Shown piece by piece: positions 32,016 through 42,806 of a DNA stretch of 64,000 bases. The translations under genes and the position numbers were made by a program. Each line of letters opens with the position of its first letter. Position 1 is the first letter of the stretch. The stretch covers positions 104,710-168,709 of the forward strand of contig CAVPSX010000011.1 of the NCBI GenBank assembly GCA_963708515.1. Direction: 5' to 3'. The notes below the pieces were generated by a model. It searched no databases and was not told the DNA's origin. It was given only the letters and a program-made list of their open reading frames with translations. The DNA is from an uncultured delta proteobacterium. Its GTDB lineage: Bacteria > Desulfobacterota > Syntrophia > Syntrophales > Fen-1087.

Positions 32016-33770
32016 TCAGGCGGATTTGGCCATTGCGGGTGCGGGAGTCCCCGAAACCCAGGTTACTTTTTTCACGGGGACTTTCACGCCTGAAGGTTTG
32101 CGGCTTTCCAGGGCCATGGCGGCGGCATTATTCTCGCGTGTGCAGACCGGCTCATAGGTCCAGCCCCCGGCCAGACGCGCCTCTTCTTTTTTCAGGCTCC
32201 TGTACACGTATCGCCCGATTAGAGGCGCGACCATCCTGGTTTTCCAGCCGAATTCAGCATAGATTGCCTTCAGGAGCACATCCATCTTTCCGGTGAGCCT
32301 CCCGTTGTTGCGGTACCACTTGCGCATCGCCCAGATGGCGCCCGCATAGGTCGAGCGCAGAGGGAAAACCTCACGGGAAAAGCGATCCCGCACCCGGTGC
32401 TCCGCGTGATTCTGATGACGCCGCCAGCCTTTGAGCGTGACGTCGATCAGGCGGGCCAGGCTCGGACCATTGATCTCAAAATCCCGCCGGAATGCTTTCA
32501 GCAGAACATGTTCCTCTTCGCCGTTGCGGAAGTTTTTATGCCGGTAACTGAAGCGATGCTGACCGTGGGCGTCCGCCGCAGGATACTCATCCTCGGAAAG
32601 CAGCGTCCCCTCGCGGCGATGGCTCTCGTACAAGGGCGTGCCGGGATTCGGCATATAGAGCATGAACTGGTGAAATACGGTGTCATGACTCACGGCATGA
32701 TTGATGACGGCGTCGATATTTGCGGGGCTGTGGTCGTCCAGGCCGATAATGGATGAGCCCAGCACCCGGATCCCGTGTGAATGGAGACGATCCACCAGCG
32801 CGTGCGTATCCACCCCTTTGAGCTTCTTATAGTCGCTGTTCTCGCCCTCGAGACCCATCCACACCCAACTGATGCCCAGACCGACCAACTGGTCAATGGT
32901 ATAGGATTCCAGAACGCGCGCCGAGCTGAAGACGTAAAGCGCCCAGCTTTTCTGATGGGCTTCCATCAATTCCAACAGGCGCAGCGCCCGCTTTTTGTGG
33001 AGCAGAAAATTCTCATCGAGAACAAAAAAGGAGTGCGTTTTGAGTTCTTCCGCGATGCGGGACATGACGGCGAAGAGTTCGTCGCCCGTTTCAAAAAAGT
33101 TCATGAAATGCCCCTTGCCGCCGAACAGGGCCGAGGTGGAGCAGAAATTACACCCCACGGGACAACCGACGGACGGGATCAGGATCGCCGCCGTCCCGCC
33201 CGGCCTCTGTCCCAGACCGACACCCATAACACGGGCGCCGAATCCCGATAGGACGGCCGGATGGCGGACGGCGGCGTCTTCATCCTCGCCTAAAAACCGG
33301 CGAAACCAGCGGATACCGTCGCCCCTGACGATGTCGTCCGCGTCGATCGTCTGAAGAAGGTCGCCTTTGCTTGCGATATGTCCGCCGACGACAATACGGG
33401 CACCCGGCCGGTGTTGCCGGATGAGTTCGCACATCCGCTTGACCTTCCCCATGTTGGGAATAATGGCGCCGATCCCGATGACATCGTAGTCATTTTCCTG
33501 AATTTCTTCCATGAAACGGTCCTGGGAGGGAAAATCCAGCAGCGTGCAGGGTGCGTCGATGTTGGCCTGAATCATCATGAGCCCGAAGGAGCGATGAAAC
33601 ATCCTCAGGGAAAAACCGCCCTGAACGCGCGTCACCTGATTGTGATAGAGCTCCATGGGGTTGATGGCTCGGCTTCCGTATGCATCATCCTGCGCATAAG
33701 GCCCGAAGACGCTCGTCAATAGAATTCGCGTTTCCCTCCCCCCGGGGAAATGGGTGACCTGCTGCTGCAT
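32016..33770 (-). CDS. cobalamin-binding radical SAM protein
   Basis: N-terminal B12-binding-like domain (IVVGGH, GDG) and GCPVGCNFC; GGAGG SD before ATG 33770. Confidence 0.88.
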   Translation of the reverse strand: MQQQVTHFPGGRETRILLTSVFGPYAQDDAYGSRAINPMELYHNQVTRVQGGFSLRMFHRSFGLMMIQANIDAPCTLLDFPSQDRFMEEIQENDYDVIGIGAIIPNMGKVKRMCELIRQHRPGARIVVGGHIASKGDLLQTIDADDIVRGDGIRWFRRFLGEDEDAAVRHPAVLSGFGARVMGVGLGQRPGGTAAILIPSVGCPVGCNFCSTSALFGGKGHFMNFFETGDELFAVMSRIAEELKTHSFFVLDENFLLHKKRALRLLELMEAHQKSWALYVFSSARVLESYTIDQLVGLGISWVWMGLEGENSDYKKLKGVDTHALVDRLHSHGIRVLGSSIIGLDDHSPANIDAVINHAVSHDTVFHQFMLYMPNPGTPLYESHRREGTLLSEDEYPAADAHGQHRFSYRHKNFRNGEEEHVLLKAFRRDFEINGPSLARLIDVTLKGWRRHQNHAEHRVRDRFSREVFPLRSTYAGAIWAMRKWYRNNGRLTGKMDVLLKAIYAEFGWKTRMVAPLIGRYVYRSLKKEEARLAGGWTYEPVCTRENNAAAMALESRKPSGVKVPVKKVTWVSGTPAPAMAKSA

Positions 33771-34043
33771 GTTTGCCTCCTGCTTTTGTATTTTGTTCAT
33801 TCTCAAGGGCCGCGTGCGTGATTTGCAACGACCCTAAAATATAAAATTACTGAATGAAAGCAATATATTACGTTTTACAAAAGTTTTACAAACCGGATTT
33901 GACGACCTGCAATAAATCCCGGATCGCCCCGACGGAGGAGGATGCAGGGGAAAAGAAAACGGAAAAGATATTGGAGACTGGCCTGAAGCTATTTTATGAA
34001 GGTCTGCGGTTGACTCTTTGGGTCGCCTGTGTAAAAATGCGCC

Positions 34044-35009
34044 ATGATTTCTCGATTGAAGTGGTTCTTCCACCCGGTATTTATATTTGTATGCTCCATC
34101 CTGGCTTTGGCCTTGTCTCTGTTTCTCTATATTTACTGGTATATCGAGGTCAGTTCCGGGCTCAAAGCCGCCGTGCAACGTTATAACCTCGATCCGCGAC
34201 AGTTCCTCGAGGCTCAGACCTGGGTGGTCATTCTCGTCCTGTCGATCCTGGTCGGACTCATTGTCGTCGGTATTCTGATCATCTTCGTGTACAGTCAGAA
34301 GATGGCGCGCCTCAACCGGCTGCAGCACGAATTCATCAACAATTTCACACATGAACTGAAGACGCCGGTTACGTCCCTGAAGCTCTACCTGGAGACGTTC
34401 CTGAAGCACGAACTGCCCCGGAAGGAACAGACAAAATACATCGGCTACATGCTTCAGGACGTAGACCGCCTCGGGGACAATATCAGCCGCATCCTGAACC
34501 TGGCCAGAATCGAGACGAAGACCTACGGCGGGGACTTTATCCCGTCCGATCTGGTAAAAACCGTTGAGCAATTCCATCAGAACAACCGCCACGTTTTTGG
34601 AAATTGCGACATTCGGATTCACAATCCTTCCGGACAACCATTTTTTTACAACATCAACCCGCTTCTCTTTGAAATGCTGGTGATGAATATCCTCAATAAC
34701 GGCATCAAATACAATGACAGTGAAAACCCCCGAATAGATATCCGCTTTCTGCAGGCAAACGGCAGACTGCATATCCGTTTCGAAGACAACGGCATCGGTC
34801 TTGAAAAAGCAGAGAGAAAAAAGATTTTCCGGAAATTTTACCAGACGAAAAGAGCGGAGATCCTCTCACCCAGGGGCAGCGGACTGGGCCTGTATCTGGT
34901 ACAGAATATCGCGCGGATGCACCGGGGAAAGGTCATTGCGGAAAAACGACCGGATGAAAAGGGGTCTGTTTTTACGCTGATCCTGCCCTTTCAGCCTCAA
35001 CAAGCGTGA
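34044..35009 (+). CDS. membrane sensor histidine kinase
   Basis: Two TMs, THELKTP, NGIKY, DNGIG, GSGLGL. Confidence 0.95.
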   Translation: MISRLKWFFHPVFIFVCSILALALSLFLYIYWYIEVSSGLKAAVQRYNLDPRQFLEAQTWVVILVLSILVGLIVVGILIIFVYSQKMARLNRLQHEFINNFTHELKTPVTSLKLYLETFLKHELPRKEQTKYIGYMLQDVDRLGDNISRILNLARIETKTYGGDFIPSDLVKTVEQFHQNNRHVFGNCDIRIHNPSGQPFFYNINPLLFEMLVMNILNNGIKYNDSENPRIDIRFLQANGRLHIRFEDNGIGLEKAERKKIFRKFYQTKRAEILSPRGSGLGLYLVQNIARMHRGKVIAEKRPDEKGSVFTLILPFQPQQA

Positions 35010-35023
35010 TGCGTGGAACGACC

Positions 35024-35761
35024 ATGGAAGATTCAGGGAAAAAACGCATTCTCATCATCGAAGACGATAGCCATATCGCGGAGGGTCTGAAGCTGAACCT
35101 GTCTTTCCAGGGCTATGAAGTGGACATCGCCCCGGACGGGGTCAGCGGTCTGCAGAAATGGAAAACGGGGCAGCCTCACCTGATTGTTCTGGACATCATG
35201 CTTCCCGGCATCGACGGACTCTCGATATTGCAGAGCATTCGCCTGGTGGATGAGCGGCTGCCGATCCTGATCATTTCGGCAAAGGGAAGTTCTGAAGACC
35301 GAGTCAAGGGACTGAGCTACGGCGTGGATGACTATCTTGCCAAGCCCTTTAATCTGGAGGAGTTTCTGCTGCGTGTGGAACGGCTACTGGCCCGTGTCTC
35401 ATGGGCCGCGGGAACGGAAGATCTCCAGCCGGCCGGTCTGCCCCGGTCCTACGCTTTCGGCGGCAACCGGATCGATTTCGGCGATTCGACAGCCGATTGC
35501 AGGGCAGGCAGGATCATCCTGACTGATCAGGAAATGAAGCTCCTGAAACTGTTTATCGCCAACCGGGGCAAGCCCCTCACCCGGAAGCAGCTTCTCGAAA
35601 TCGGATGGGGCTATACCGGTATCATTGCCACACGAACCGTGGATAATTTTATCGTCCGCCTGCGCAAGTACTTTGAAGATGATCCCCATCAGCCCGTTTA
35701 TTTCCGGAGCCTTCGATCCGTGGGCTATGTCTTCGATCACGAAGACCCTGCGCCGTCTTGA
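35024..35761 (+). CDS. OmpR-family response regulator
   Basis: IIEDD, LDIMLP, DDYLAKPF, winged-helix TRTVDNFI.RLR..GY. Confidence 0.95.
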   Translation: MEDSGKKRILIIEDDSHIAEGLKLNLSFQGYEVDIAPDGVSGLQKWKTGQPHLIVLDIMLPGIDGLSILQSIRLVDERLPILIISAKGSSEDRVKGLSYGVDDYLAKPFNLEEFLLRVERLLARVSWAAGTEDLQPAGLPRSYAFGGNRIDFGDSTADCRAGRIILTDQEMKLLKLFIANRGKPLTRKQLLEIGWGYTGIIATRTVDNFIVRLRKYFEDDPHQPVYFRSLRSVGYVFDHEDPAPS

Positions 35762-35848
35762 AAGGGGATCAAATCAGCAGGTGATCCGCGCTTTTTTTGC
35801 CATTTTTTGTTGACTTCACAGTTTGTACATGTTATGAGCGCACCGCCG

Positions 35849-36133
35849 ATGGATCATGACGAGAAGAAATCATTCGTTCATATGGCTTATGCTGGCAGCG
35901 TCGGATTGGCTTTTGTTCTTTTGATCTTTGGCGGGCTCTTTGTCGGTAACTGGCTGGACAGGAAGCTGGAGACCTCGTTTCTCTTCACGACCCTGCTTTT
36001 TGTCGCGGGCGTCGCTGCAGGATTCAGAAACCTGTATGTCCTGATAAAAAGGTCCTTCCAGGACGACAAGACGATTATCACAAGCCTCCGGAATGAACCG
36101 CACCGTAAACGGCCTGATCCGGCAAGGGATTGA
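35849..36133 (+). CDS. atpZ: AtpZ/AtpI-family protein, copy 2
   Basis: Paralog of 18791..19075 (M.YA.S.G.A..G.WLD.K..T; C-terminal SL..E.HRKRP.PA). Confidence 0.82.
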   Translation: MDHDEKKSFVHMAYAGSVGLAFVLLIFGGLFVGNWLDRKLETSFLFTTLLFVAGVAAGFRNLYVLIKRSFQDDKTIITSLRNEPHRKRPDPARD

Positions 36134-36205
36134 AAACATTTACATTGTACCAATTTCCGCATCACCCTTGGAAAATAGCATTGCCTTGAGGAGGTACACG
36201 AAAAG

Positions 36206-36865
36206 ATGCACAGTCTGTCTTTCCTACAATTGATATTCCCCTCGATTCCCACATACATCACCTATACCTGGTTTGTCATGGCGCTGCTGGTTTTTTTCTC
36301 ATTTTTGGCAACGCGGCGCTTGCAGATGACGCCGGGGGTTTTTCAGAATACCATGGAGGTTTTCGTCGGCGCAATTGACAAACTCCTCCTCGATACCATG
36401 GGGCACCATGGAAAGCGTTTTTTCCCGCTTATCGCAACCCTCGGGTTTTTCATCCTCTCCTCAAACCTGATCGGCCTGATTCCAGGGCTGGAATCGCCCA
36501 CGTCGAATTTAAATACAACCGTCGCAATGGCCCTCGTCGTCTTCTTCATGACCCATATCGTCGGCGTTCAGGTTCAGGGCCTCAAGTATTTCAAGCAGTT
36601 CATGGGGCCGGTCTGGTGGCTGACGCCCCTGATGCTGCCCATCGAGCTCATCAGCCACATTTCCCGTCCCATCTCCCTGTCCATGCGTCTGTTCGGAAAC
36701 ATCGAGGGCGGTCACATCGTTCTGTTGATTCTCTTCTTTCTTGTCCCGCTATTGGTGCCACTGCCCATCATTATTCTGAAGCTCCTGATTTCCGTCATCC
36801 AGACCCTCGTCTTCATGCTGCTGTCCATGATGTATATCGCCGGGGCAATGGAAGAACATCACTAA
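36206..36865 (+). CDS. atpB: F0F1 ATP synthase subunit a
   Basis: [35 protein letters not shown]. Confidence 0.96.
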   Translation: MHSLSFLQLIFPSIPTYITYTWFVMALLVFFSFLATRRLQMTPGVFQNTMEVFVGAIDKLLLDTMGHHGKRFFPLIATLGFFILSSNLIGLIPGLESPTSNLNTTVAMALVVFFMTHIVGVQVQGLKYFKQFMGPVWWLTPLMLPIELISHISRPISLSMRLFGNIEGGHIVLLILFFLVPLLVPLPIIILKLLISVIQTLVFMLLSMMYIAGAMEEHH

Positions 36866-36945
36866 AAACAGATCACGCCGAGATTATTTTCCCGACAGGT
36901 AGGAGAGGAAAAGGAGACGTTTCGGCCGGGACCTTTGTGCCGTCG

Positions 36946-38361
36946 CTACTTTCCAGACAGGTATGCGTGAATCGCCCGGGCGGCCTGTTTGCCGGCGCCC
37001 ATGGCGAGGATGACCGTGGCGGAGCCGGTGACGATGTCGCCGCCGGCATAGACGCCGGAACGGGTGGTTTCTCCCGACGCCCCTTTGGTGATAATGTAGC
37101 CCCGGCGGTTCGTCTCAAGTCCTGGCGTCGTCGCCGGAACGATCGGATTGGCCATGGTGCCCACGGCCACCACGACGGTGTCCACATCGATGACAAACTC
37201 GGATCCCTCAATCGGAACGGGGCTGCGCCGGCCCGAGGCGTCGGGCTCGCCGAGTTCCATGCGGATGCACTTCATGCCCGTGACCCAGCCTTTCTCGTCT
37301 CCGATATATTCAACGGGATTCGTCAGGAGCCTGAACTGGACCCCTTCCTCATGGGCATGATGGACTTCTTCCTTCCGGGCAGGCATTTCCACATCTGTGC
37401 GGCGGTAGATGATATAGGCGTTTTCCGCGCCCAGCCGCAGCGCCGTCCGGACCGAATCCATGGCCACATTGCCGCCGCCGATGACGGCGACGTTCCTGCC
37501 GCGGACGATGGGCGTGTCGTATTCCGGAAAGAGATAGGCTTTCATGAGGTTCGAGCGCGTAAGGTATTCATTGGCTGAATAAATGCCGCTGAGATTTTCT
37601 CCGGGAATGTTCATGAACACCGGTGCGCCGGCGCCGACAGCGATATAAACGGCATCATAGCCCTCGGCAAAGAGTTCGTCGATCGTCGCGATCCGTCCGA
37701 TGACGGCGTTGGTTTCGATCTTCACGCCCAATTTCGTCAGATAATCAACCTCCGCCTCCACAATCGCCTTGGGCAGGCGGAATTCGGGAATGCCGTAAAC
37801 GAGAACGCCGCCGGCCTTGTGCAGACCCTCAAAGATCGTTACAGCATAGCCCAGTTTGACGAGATCGCCGGCGATGGTCAGCCCCGAAGGCCCGGCGCCG
37901 ACAACGGCGATCTTCTTCCCGTTGGAGGCGGCTGGCTCCGGAATGGCGATCTGGCCCACTTTTCGTTCATAATCCGCGGCAAAGCGCTCCAGGCGGCCAA
38001 TTGCCACCGGGTCGCCTTTCTTGCCGAGGATACAGACCTTTTCACACTGCTCCTCCTGGGGACAGACGCGGCCGCAGACGGCGGGCAGACTGTTGGTCTC
38101 TTTGAGAATATACGCGGCCTCCAGGAAGTTCCCGTCGGCGATCGCCTGAATGAATTCCGGAATTCTCACCTCCACGGGACACCCCGCGATGCAGCCGGGC
38201 TTCTTGCACTGGATGCAGCGTTTCGCCTCCAGCATGGCCGTTTCTTCAGAATATCCCAGAGGAACTTCCTCGAAGTTCTTTACCCGGACACCGGGAACCT
38301 GTTCCGGCATGGGCTGCCGGGGGATTTTTTCCTTCTTGAGTTTTTTCTCTTCAGTTTCCAT
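36946..38361 (-). CDS. nfnB: NfnB/SudA-like large subunit (GltD-like) of NADH-dependent ferredoxin:NADP oxidoreductase
   Basis: EAKRCIQC..C..GCP, CGRVCPQE.QCE, GAGPSG, GGGNVAMD; coupled to nfnA. Confidence 0.88.
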   Translation of the reverse strand: METEEKKLKKEKIPRQPMPEQVPGVRVKNFEEVPLGYSEETAMLEAKRCIQCKKPGCIAGCPVEVRIPEFIQAIADGNFLEAAYILKETNSLPAVCGRVCPQEEQCEKVCILGKKGDPVAIGRLERFAADYERKVGQIAIPEPAASNGKKIAVVGAGPSGLTIAGDLVKLGYAVTIFEGLHKAGGVLVYGIPEFRLPKAIVEAEVDYLTKLGVKIETNAVIGRIATIDELFAEGYDAVYIAVGAGAPVFMNIPGENLSGIYSANEYLTRSNLMKAYLFPEYDTPIVRGRNVAVIGGGNVAMDSVRTALRLGAENAYIIYRRTDVEMPARKEEVHHAHEEGVQFRLLTNPVEYIGDEKGWVTGMKCIRMELGEPDASGRRSPVPIEGSEFVIDVDTVVVAVGTMANPIVPATTPGLETNRRGYIITKGASGETTRSGVYAGGDIVTGSATVILAMGAGKQAARAIHAYLSGK

Positions 38362-39187
38362 GCCATCCACACCTGTGTTTTTCATAAGCCACGCTTTCCT
38401 GTTCGCAGTACATGCGCAGGCGGCTGGTCAAAAGATCGAAATCCACCTGATGGCCGTCGAATTCAGGACCGTCCACGCAGGTGAACCGCGTCTTTCCGCC
38501 CACGGAGACGCGGCAGGCCCCGCACATGCCCGTCGCATCCACCATGATCGGATTGAGGCTGACGATGGTCTTGATCCCGTGGGGCCGCGTCAGATTGGCG
38601 ATCACCTTCATCATGGGAACCGGTCCGATGGCAAAGACTTCCTCGATTTTCTCACCCTCGTTGATCAGATTCTGCAAAACGGCGCTGACAAAACCATGGA
38701 CACCATAGCTGCCGTCGTCCGTGGCGACGATCAGCCGGTCGCTGACCTGTTTCATCTCTTCTTCCAGAATCAGCAAATCCTTTGTCCGGGCGCCGATGAT
38801 GGAAATGACCCGGTTTCCCGCCTGCTTCAGGGCCGCCGCCAATGGATAGACAACGCCGACGCCCACGCCGCCGCCGATGCAGACGACCTGTCCGATTTTC
38901 TTGATATCCGTGGGATTACCGAGAGGCCCCTGGACATCGCTGAAATGGTCGCCCACCTCCATCCCGGCCATGGCGGCCGTCGTCTTTCCGACGACCTGGA
39001 AGATGATCGTGATCGTGCCCCTTTCCGGATCAGAATCCACGATCGTGAGCGGAATCCGCTCCCCTTTTTCATCCATGAGCAGGACGATGAACTGGCCAGC
39101 CTTGCGCTTCCTGGCAATGGCCGGCGCTTCGAGGATCATTTTGACGACGTTTTCCGACAAAGCGACTTTTTCAACAATTTTATTCAA
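38351..39187 (-). CDS. nfnA: NfnA/SudB-like small subunit (FAD/NAD, [2Fe-2S])
   Basis: ERIPLTI, GPLG, MVDATGMCGACR..CVDGPEF. Confidence 0.9.
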   Translation of the reverse strand: MNKIVEKVALSENVVKMILEAPAIARKRKAGQFIVLLMDEKGERIPLTIVDSDPERGTITIIFQVVGKTTAAMAGMEVGDHFSDVQGPLGNPTDIKKIGQVVCIGGGVGVGVVYPLAAALKQAGNRVISIIGARTKDLLILEEEMKQVSDRLIVATDDGSYGVHGFVSAVLQNLINEGEKIEEVFAIGPVPMMKVIANLTRPHGIKTIVSLNPIMVDATGMCGACRVSVGGKTRFTCVDGPEFDGHQVDFDLLTSRLRMYCEQESVAYEKHRCGWHGN

Positions 39188-39219
39188 GCTGCTTTCTCCT
39201 GATCATTTTATGGCCAAAT

Positions 39220-39383
39220 GGATTTGCATAACCGTTGCAAAATGGTTCGCAAGCGGCGAATCAAATGTTTTCCGCCTTTCCAGAGATTACATCAGCGGCT
39301 TGTCGTGAATCATGATTACGTCTGGTTGTCCTCTTAGCAGAAAAGATTTTTGAGACGCGGCGAAGCCATTTTGCAGAGGTCTC
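39220..39383 (+). mobile_element. MITE-like dispersed repeat, copy 2
   Basis: Same termini as copy 1 (TTTGCATAACCG...; ...CCATTTTGCAGAGGTCTC); lacks the GGGGACA hairpin. Confidence 0.72.
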
Positions 39384-39421
39384 GAGCCTTTGACAAACAA
39401 TTTTCAGAGCACCCGGTTCTG

Positions 39422-39448
39422 AAAAAATGAGGGAGCCGGTGGGCTCCC
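39422..39448 (-). terminator. intrinsic terminator after flxA
   Basis: Minus strand GGGAGCC-CACC-GGCTCCC followed by TCATTTTTT. Confidence 0.65.
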
Positions 39449-39487
39449 AATAACAGCACTAAAAACTTCGGATTTGGAACGGCTTCG

Positions 39488-40327
39488 TTAGTATTCCTTG
39501 GTCAGCTTATCCAGTTCCGCCAGGGAAAAAACCGGACCGTCCTTGCAGACATACTTGCTGCCGACATTGCAGCGTCCGCATTTGCCGATGCCACATTTCA
39601 TGCGCATCTCCAGCGAAGTGATGATGTTTTCCTTGGAGAAGCCGAGATCGAAGAAAACCGGTAGTGTAAACCGGATCATGATGGGCGGCCCGCAGATCAC
39701 CGTGACGGCGTTTTCGGAACTGGGCGCGACCTCCTTGCAGACCGTGGGCACAAATCCCTCGCGCCCTTTCCAGCCCGCGTCGCCCTTATCGACGGTTACA
39801 TTCAGATTGATGTCCGAACGTTTCGCCCAAGCCTCTATCTCGTCCTTGTAGATGAGGAGCCCCGGATTCCGCGCGCCGTAGATAACCGTAATATTTCCGA
39901 AGCGGGCCCGGTTGGATTCATGGATCATATAGTTCAGCAAGGACCGCAGTGTGGTAAAGGCGAACCCGCCGCCAACGATCACGATATTCTTGCCTTCCAG
40001 ATACGCGATCGGCCATGAATTCCCCAGAGGCCCCCGGACGCCCATCAAAGTACCCGGTTCCATGTCATGAAGCGCGCTCGTCACGACGCCCGCTCTCTGG
40101 ACGGTAAACTCGATATAACCCGACTGCGTTGGCGAGGAGGCGATCCCGATGGGAGATTCGCCCTTGCCGAAGATGGACAGTTCGCCGAACTGTCCCGGGA
40201 TATAGGCGAACTTTGCCTCATCCTCATTATTGACAAACTCAAAGCGGAAGGTCTTGATGTCCTTCGTGTCCACTTCCGTGATTATTTTTGCAACCTTGAC
40301 CGGATAAGGAATATATGGATTCTCCAT
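39488..40327 (-). CDS. flxA: FlxA-like FAD/NAD-binding oxidoreductase
   Basis: PGQF, GPLGN, CGPPIM, EMRMKCGIGKCGRC..CKDGPVF. Confidence 0.85.
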   Translation of the reverse strand: MENPYIPYPVKVAKIITEVDTKDIKTFRFEFVNNEDEAKFAYIPGQFGELSIFGKGESPIGIASSPTQSGYIEFTVQRAGVVTSALHDMEPGTLMGVRGPLGNSWPIAYLEGKNIVIVGGGFAFTTLRSLLNYMIHESNRARFGNITVIYGARNPGLLIYKDEIEAWAKRSDINLNVTVDKGDAGWKGREGFVPTVCKEVAPSSENAVTVICGPPIMIRFTLPVFFDLGFSKENIITSLEMRMKCGIGKCGRCNVGSKYVCKDGPVFSLAELDKLTKEY

Positions 40328-40341
40328 GACGACTCCCGACG

Positions 40342-41367
40342 TTATAATTTCGAAATATCTTCGACGATTTTTCTGATATCGATGTTCACGGGACAATACA
40401 TGACGCACCGGCCACAGCCCACACAGGCAATGGCATTGAAGTTGTCCACAAAATACTTGAATTTATGCATCGCCCGCTGACGCCACCGTTCCTTCTGGCT
40501 GGACCGGGGATTGTGGCCGGAAGTCTCCTTCGTGAAGAGCGGAAACATGCAGGAATCCCAGTTTCTCAGGCGAATCCCGTCGTTGCCTTTGACCTCGTCG
40601 CTGATGTCGAAGCAATGGCAGGTCGGGCACAGATATGTGCAGGTCCCGCAGGCCAGACACTTCTGATGAATCGTATTCCAGAAGGGATGCTCGAAGTTCA
40701 CATCCAGGATGGGCTTGACGGCCTTTGCCGGAATGTGTGATTTGATCTCTTGAGCAGCCTTTTCGGCGACGGTCTTTTTGGCCGCGAGCGCCTGGTCGCC
40801 CGCCTTGGGGGCGTCTGCAAAATATTTCAACAGTTTTTCGCCCTTGGGCGTGACGAACTCGGCCAGATAGTCCGTCCCGATCTCTGTCAGGAGAACATCG
40901 GCGCCGTCCGCCGCGGTCGGGCTCCCATCCACGGAGGTGCAGAAACAGGTGCTATAAGGAGGATGGACACAGGCCAGGGAAATCACGGTGGTCTTTTCCC
41001 GCTTGTCGATATAGAAGGGATCCCGGTATTTTTCCTGATCGAAGAGCATATCCAGCAGTAGATAGCTGTGAGCATCGCAGGGACGGACCCCGAACAGGAC
41101 CGATTCCTTCGCACCCTCGGCCGCACCGGAAAATGCCATGCCGTTTTCCGTCCGGGTATATTTCATCATCCGTTCCGAATGGGGAAAGAAGAAATTCTTC
41201 GGGGCATTTTTCGAATTCGCAAAACGGATCAGAGGCGTTTGGCCCTTTTCCAGTTGCTTGAAGAGAACATTATCTTCCTCTTTCACGGGTGCGAAAACCG
41301 GCATGTCCTGCGCAATCTTCCCAATGATCCCGGCCAGCTTATCCTCTTTGATTAACCTCGTTTCCAT
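40342..41367 (-). CDS. flxB: FlxB-like 4Fe-4S protein (AsrA/HydB family)
   Basis: GVRPCD, CFC, CLACGTC...CPTCHCF, RNWDSC, CVGCGRC...CP. Confidence 0.82.
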   Translation of the reverse strand: METRLIKEDKLAGIIGKIAQDMPVFAPVKEEDNVLFKQLEKGQTPLIRFANSKNAPKNFFFPHSERMMKYTRTENGMAFSGAAEGAKESVLFGVRPCDAHSYLLLDMLFDQEKYRDPFYIDKREKTTVISLACVHPPYSTCFCTSVDGSPTAADGADVLLTEIGTDYLAEFVTPKGEKLLKYFADAPKAGDQALAAKKTVAEKAAQEIKSHIPAKAVKPILDVNFEHPFWNTIHQKCLACGTCTYLCPTCHCFDISDEVKGNDGIRLRNWDSCMFPLFTKETSGHNPRSSQKERWRQRAMHKFKYFVDNFNAIACVGCGRCVMYCPVNIDIRKIVEDISKL

Positions 41368-41390
41368 ATTTTCCCTATAACCCCTTATGC

Positions 41391-42239
41391 TTAAATCAGA
41401 GCCAAGCTCTTCATGAGCGGTCGCGGATCCACGTTGTGCAGATTGAACCAGATGTCCGGTCCCTGTAGCCCCAGAGCCAAGGCGATCAATTCCGTAAAGT
41501 AGAAGACGGGCAGCCGGACATTGTCGTCCGCCCGCATATCCAGATTGGCCATGCAGACGGGACAGGCCGTCACGACGCAGTTCGCGCCGGCTTCCCTGGC
41601 CATGGTCATGATCTTATTGACCATTTTTGCGACGATATCCGTCCGGCTGATGGTCAGCGACCCGCCGCAACAGTCGGTCTTATACGACCACAGGCGCGCA
41701 TCGGACCCCAAGACGCCCAGGATCTTATCCAGGATCACCGGGTTCTCGTAATCGTCGAATTCGCAGATCTCCGGCGGGCGCAGCAGCAGGCACCCGTAAT
41801 AGGAAACCGGTTTCAGGCCTTTTAACGGCTTTATGACCTTGCCTTCCAGGGCATCCAGACCAATGTCCTTGAAAATGATGTCAAGCGGATTCCGGATGGC
41901 GATCCCGCCGTGGTATTTGCCCCCGATGATCTCCTCCACGTCGCCTTTCAATTGCTTGTCCGCCTTGAGATGATGTTCTGCCGTCTTGAAACGATTGAAG
42001 CAGGCCGCGCAGGGCACCATCACATCGAGGGCGTCTTTTTCCGCCGCCACGAGATTTCTGGCAGGCAGGGCGATGGAAAGCTTGAAGTTGGTGCTGTGGG
42101 CGGAGGTGGCGCCGCAGCAGGACCAGTCGTCCACTTCCTTGAGCTCAATCCCCAGCGCGCGGCTTACCGCCCGGACCGACTGGTCATATTCCTTGGCCGT
42201 GCCATGGAGAGAGCATCCCGGATAATATGAAACTTTCAA
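41391..42239 (-). CDS. hdrB: heterodisulfide reductase subunit B
   Basis: YYPGC, WSCCG, C..C, YYGC, DCCGG, ACPVC (two CCG domains). Confidence 0.93.
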   Translation of the reverse strand: MKVSYYPGCSLHGTAKEYDQSVRAVSRALGIELKEVDDWSCCGATSAHSTNFKLSIALPARNLVAAEKDALDVMVPCAACFNRFKTAEHHLKADKQLKGDVEEIIGGKYHGGIAIRNPLDIIFKDIGLDALEGKVIKPLKGLKPVSYYGCLLLRPPEICEFDDYENPVILDKILGVLGSDARLWSYKTDCCGGSLTISRTDIVAKMVNKIMTMAREAGANCVVTACPVCMANLDMRADDNVRLPVFYFTELIALALGLQGPDIWFNLHNVDPRPLMKSLALI

Positions 42240-42270
42240 CGATAGCCTCCTTTGTGTCTATTCACGCTCT

Positions 42271-42798
42271 TTATACCTGCTTCGTCTTCTCGAAAATTTT
42301 CTTGACGGACCCGAGATCCTTCGTTTTCGGGGAAGAAAGCGACAGCTTGCCTTTCAGGAACATGTCGATGCCCATGCCCATATCGGAGAAGAGATCCCCG
42401 GATTTGAGTTTATACTGCACCATCATCGTGGGCTCGTTGATCCGGCCGAACATCTTGATATTGGACAAAAACGATTCATGGAACTTCAGGATGTTCTTTT
42501 CTTTTGCGCCCACGCCCGTCTCGATGGCCATTTGTCGGAGTGCATCCATCATGCGCGCGATGTCCACCTCGTTGGGGCAGCGCGTGATGCAGGTCTCGCA
42601 GGAGGCGCAGAGCCATATCGTGGAGCTGTTGAGAACCTCACTCTTGCGGCCCATCTGGATCATCCGGATGACCTTGTTGGGGTTGTATTCCATGGCAAAG
42701 GCCAGGGGACAGCCGGCCGTGCATTTCCGGCAGTGGTAGCACCGCTGGAGAGGCACGCCGTCGATTTTCTCGTTTACTTGCTCTAAAAAGGTTTGCAT
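42271..42798 (-). CDS. hdrC: heterodisulfide reductase subunit C
   Basis: CYHCRKCTAGCP, IWLCASCETC..RCP. Confidence 0.93.
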   Translation of the reverse strand: MQTFLEQVNEKIDGVPLQRCYHCRKCTAGCPLAFAMEYNPNKVIRMIQMGRKSEVLNSSTIWLCASCETCITRCPNEVDIARMMDALRQMAIETGVGAKEKNILKFHESFLSNIKMFGRINEPTMMVQYKLKSGDLFSDMGMGIDMFLKGKLSLSSPKTKDLGSVKKIFEKTKQV

Positions 42799-42806
42799 GT
42801 TCGCTC

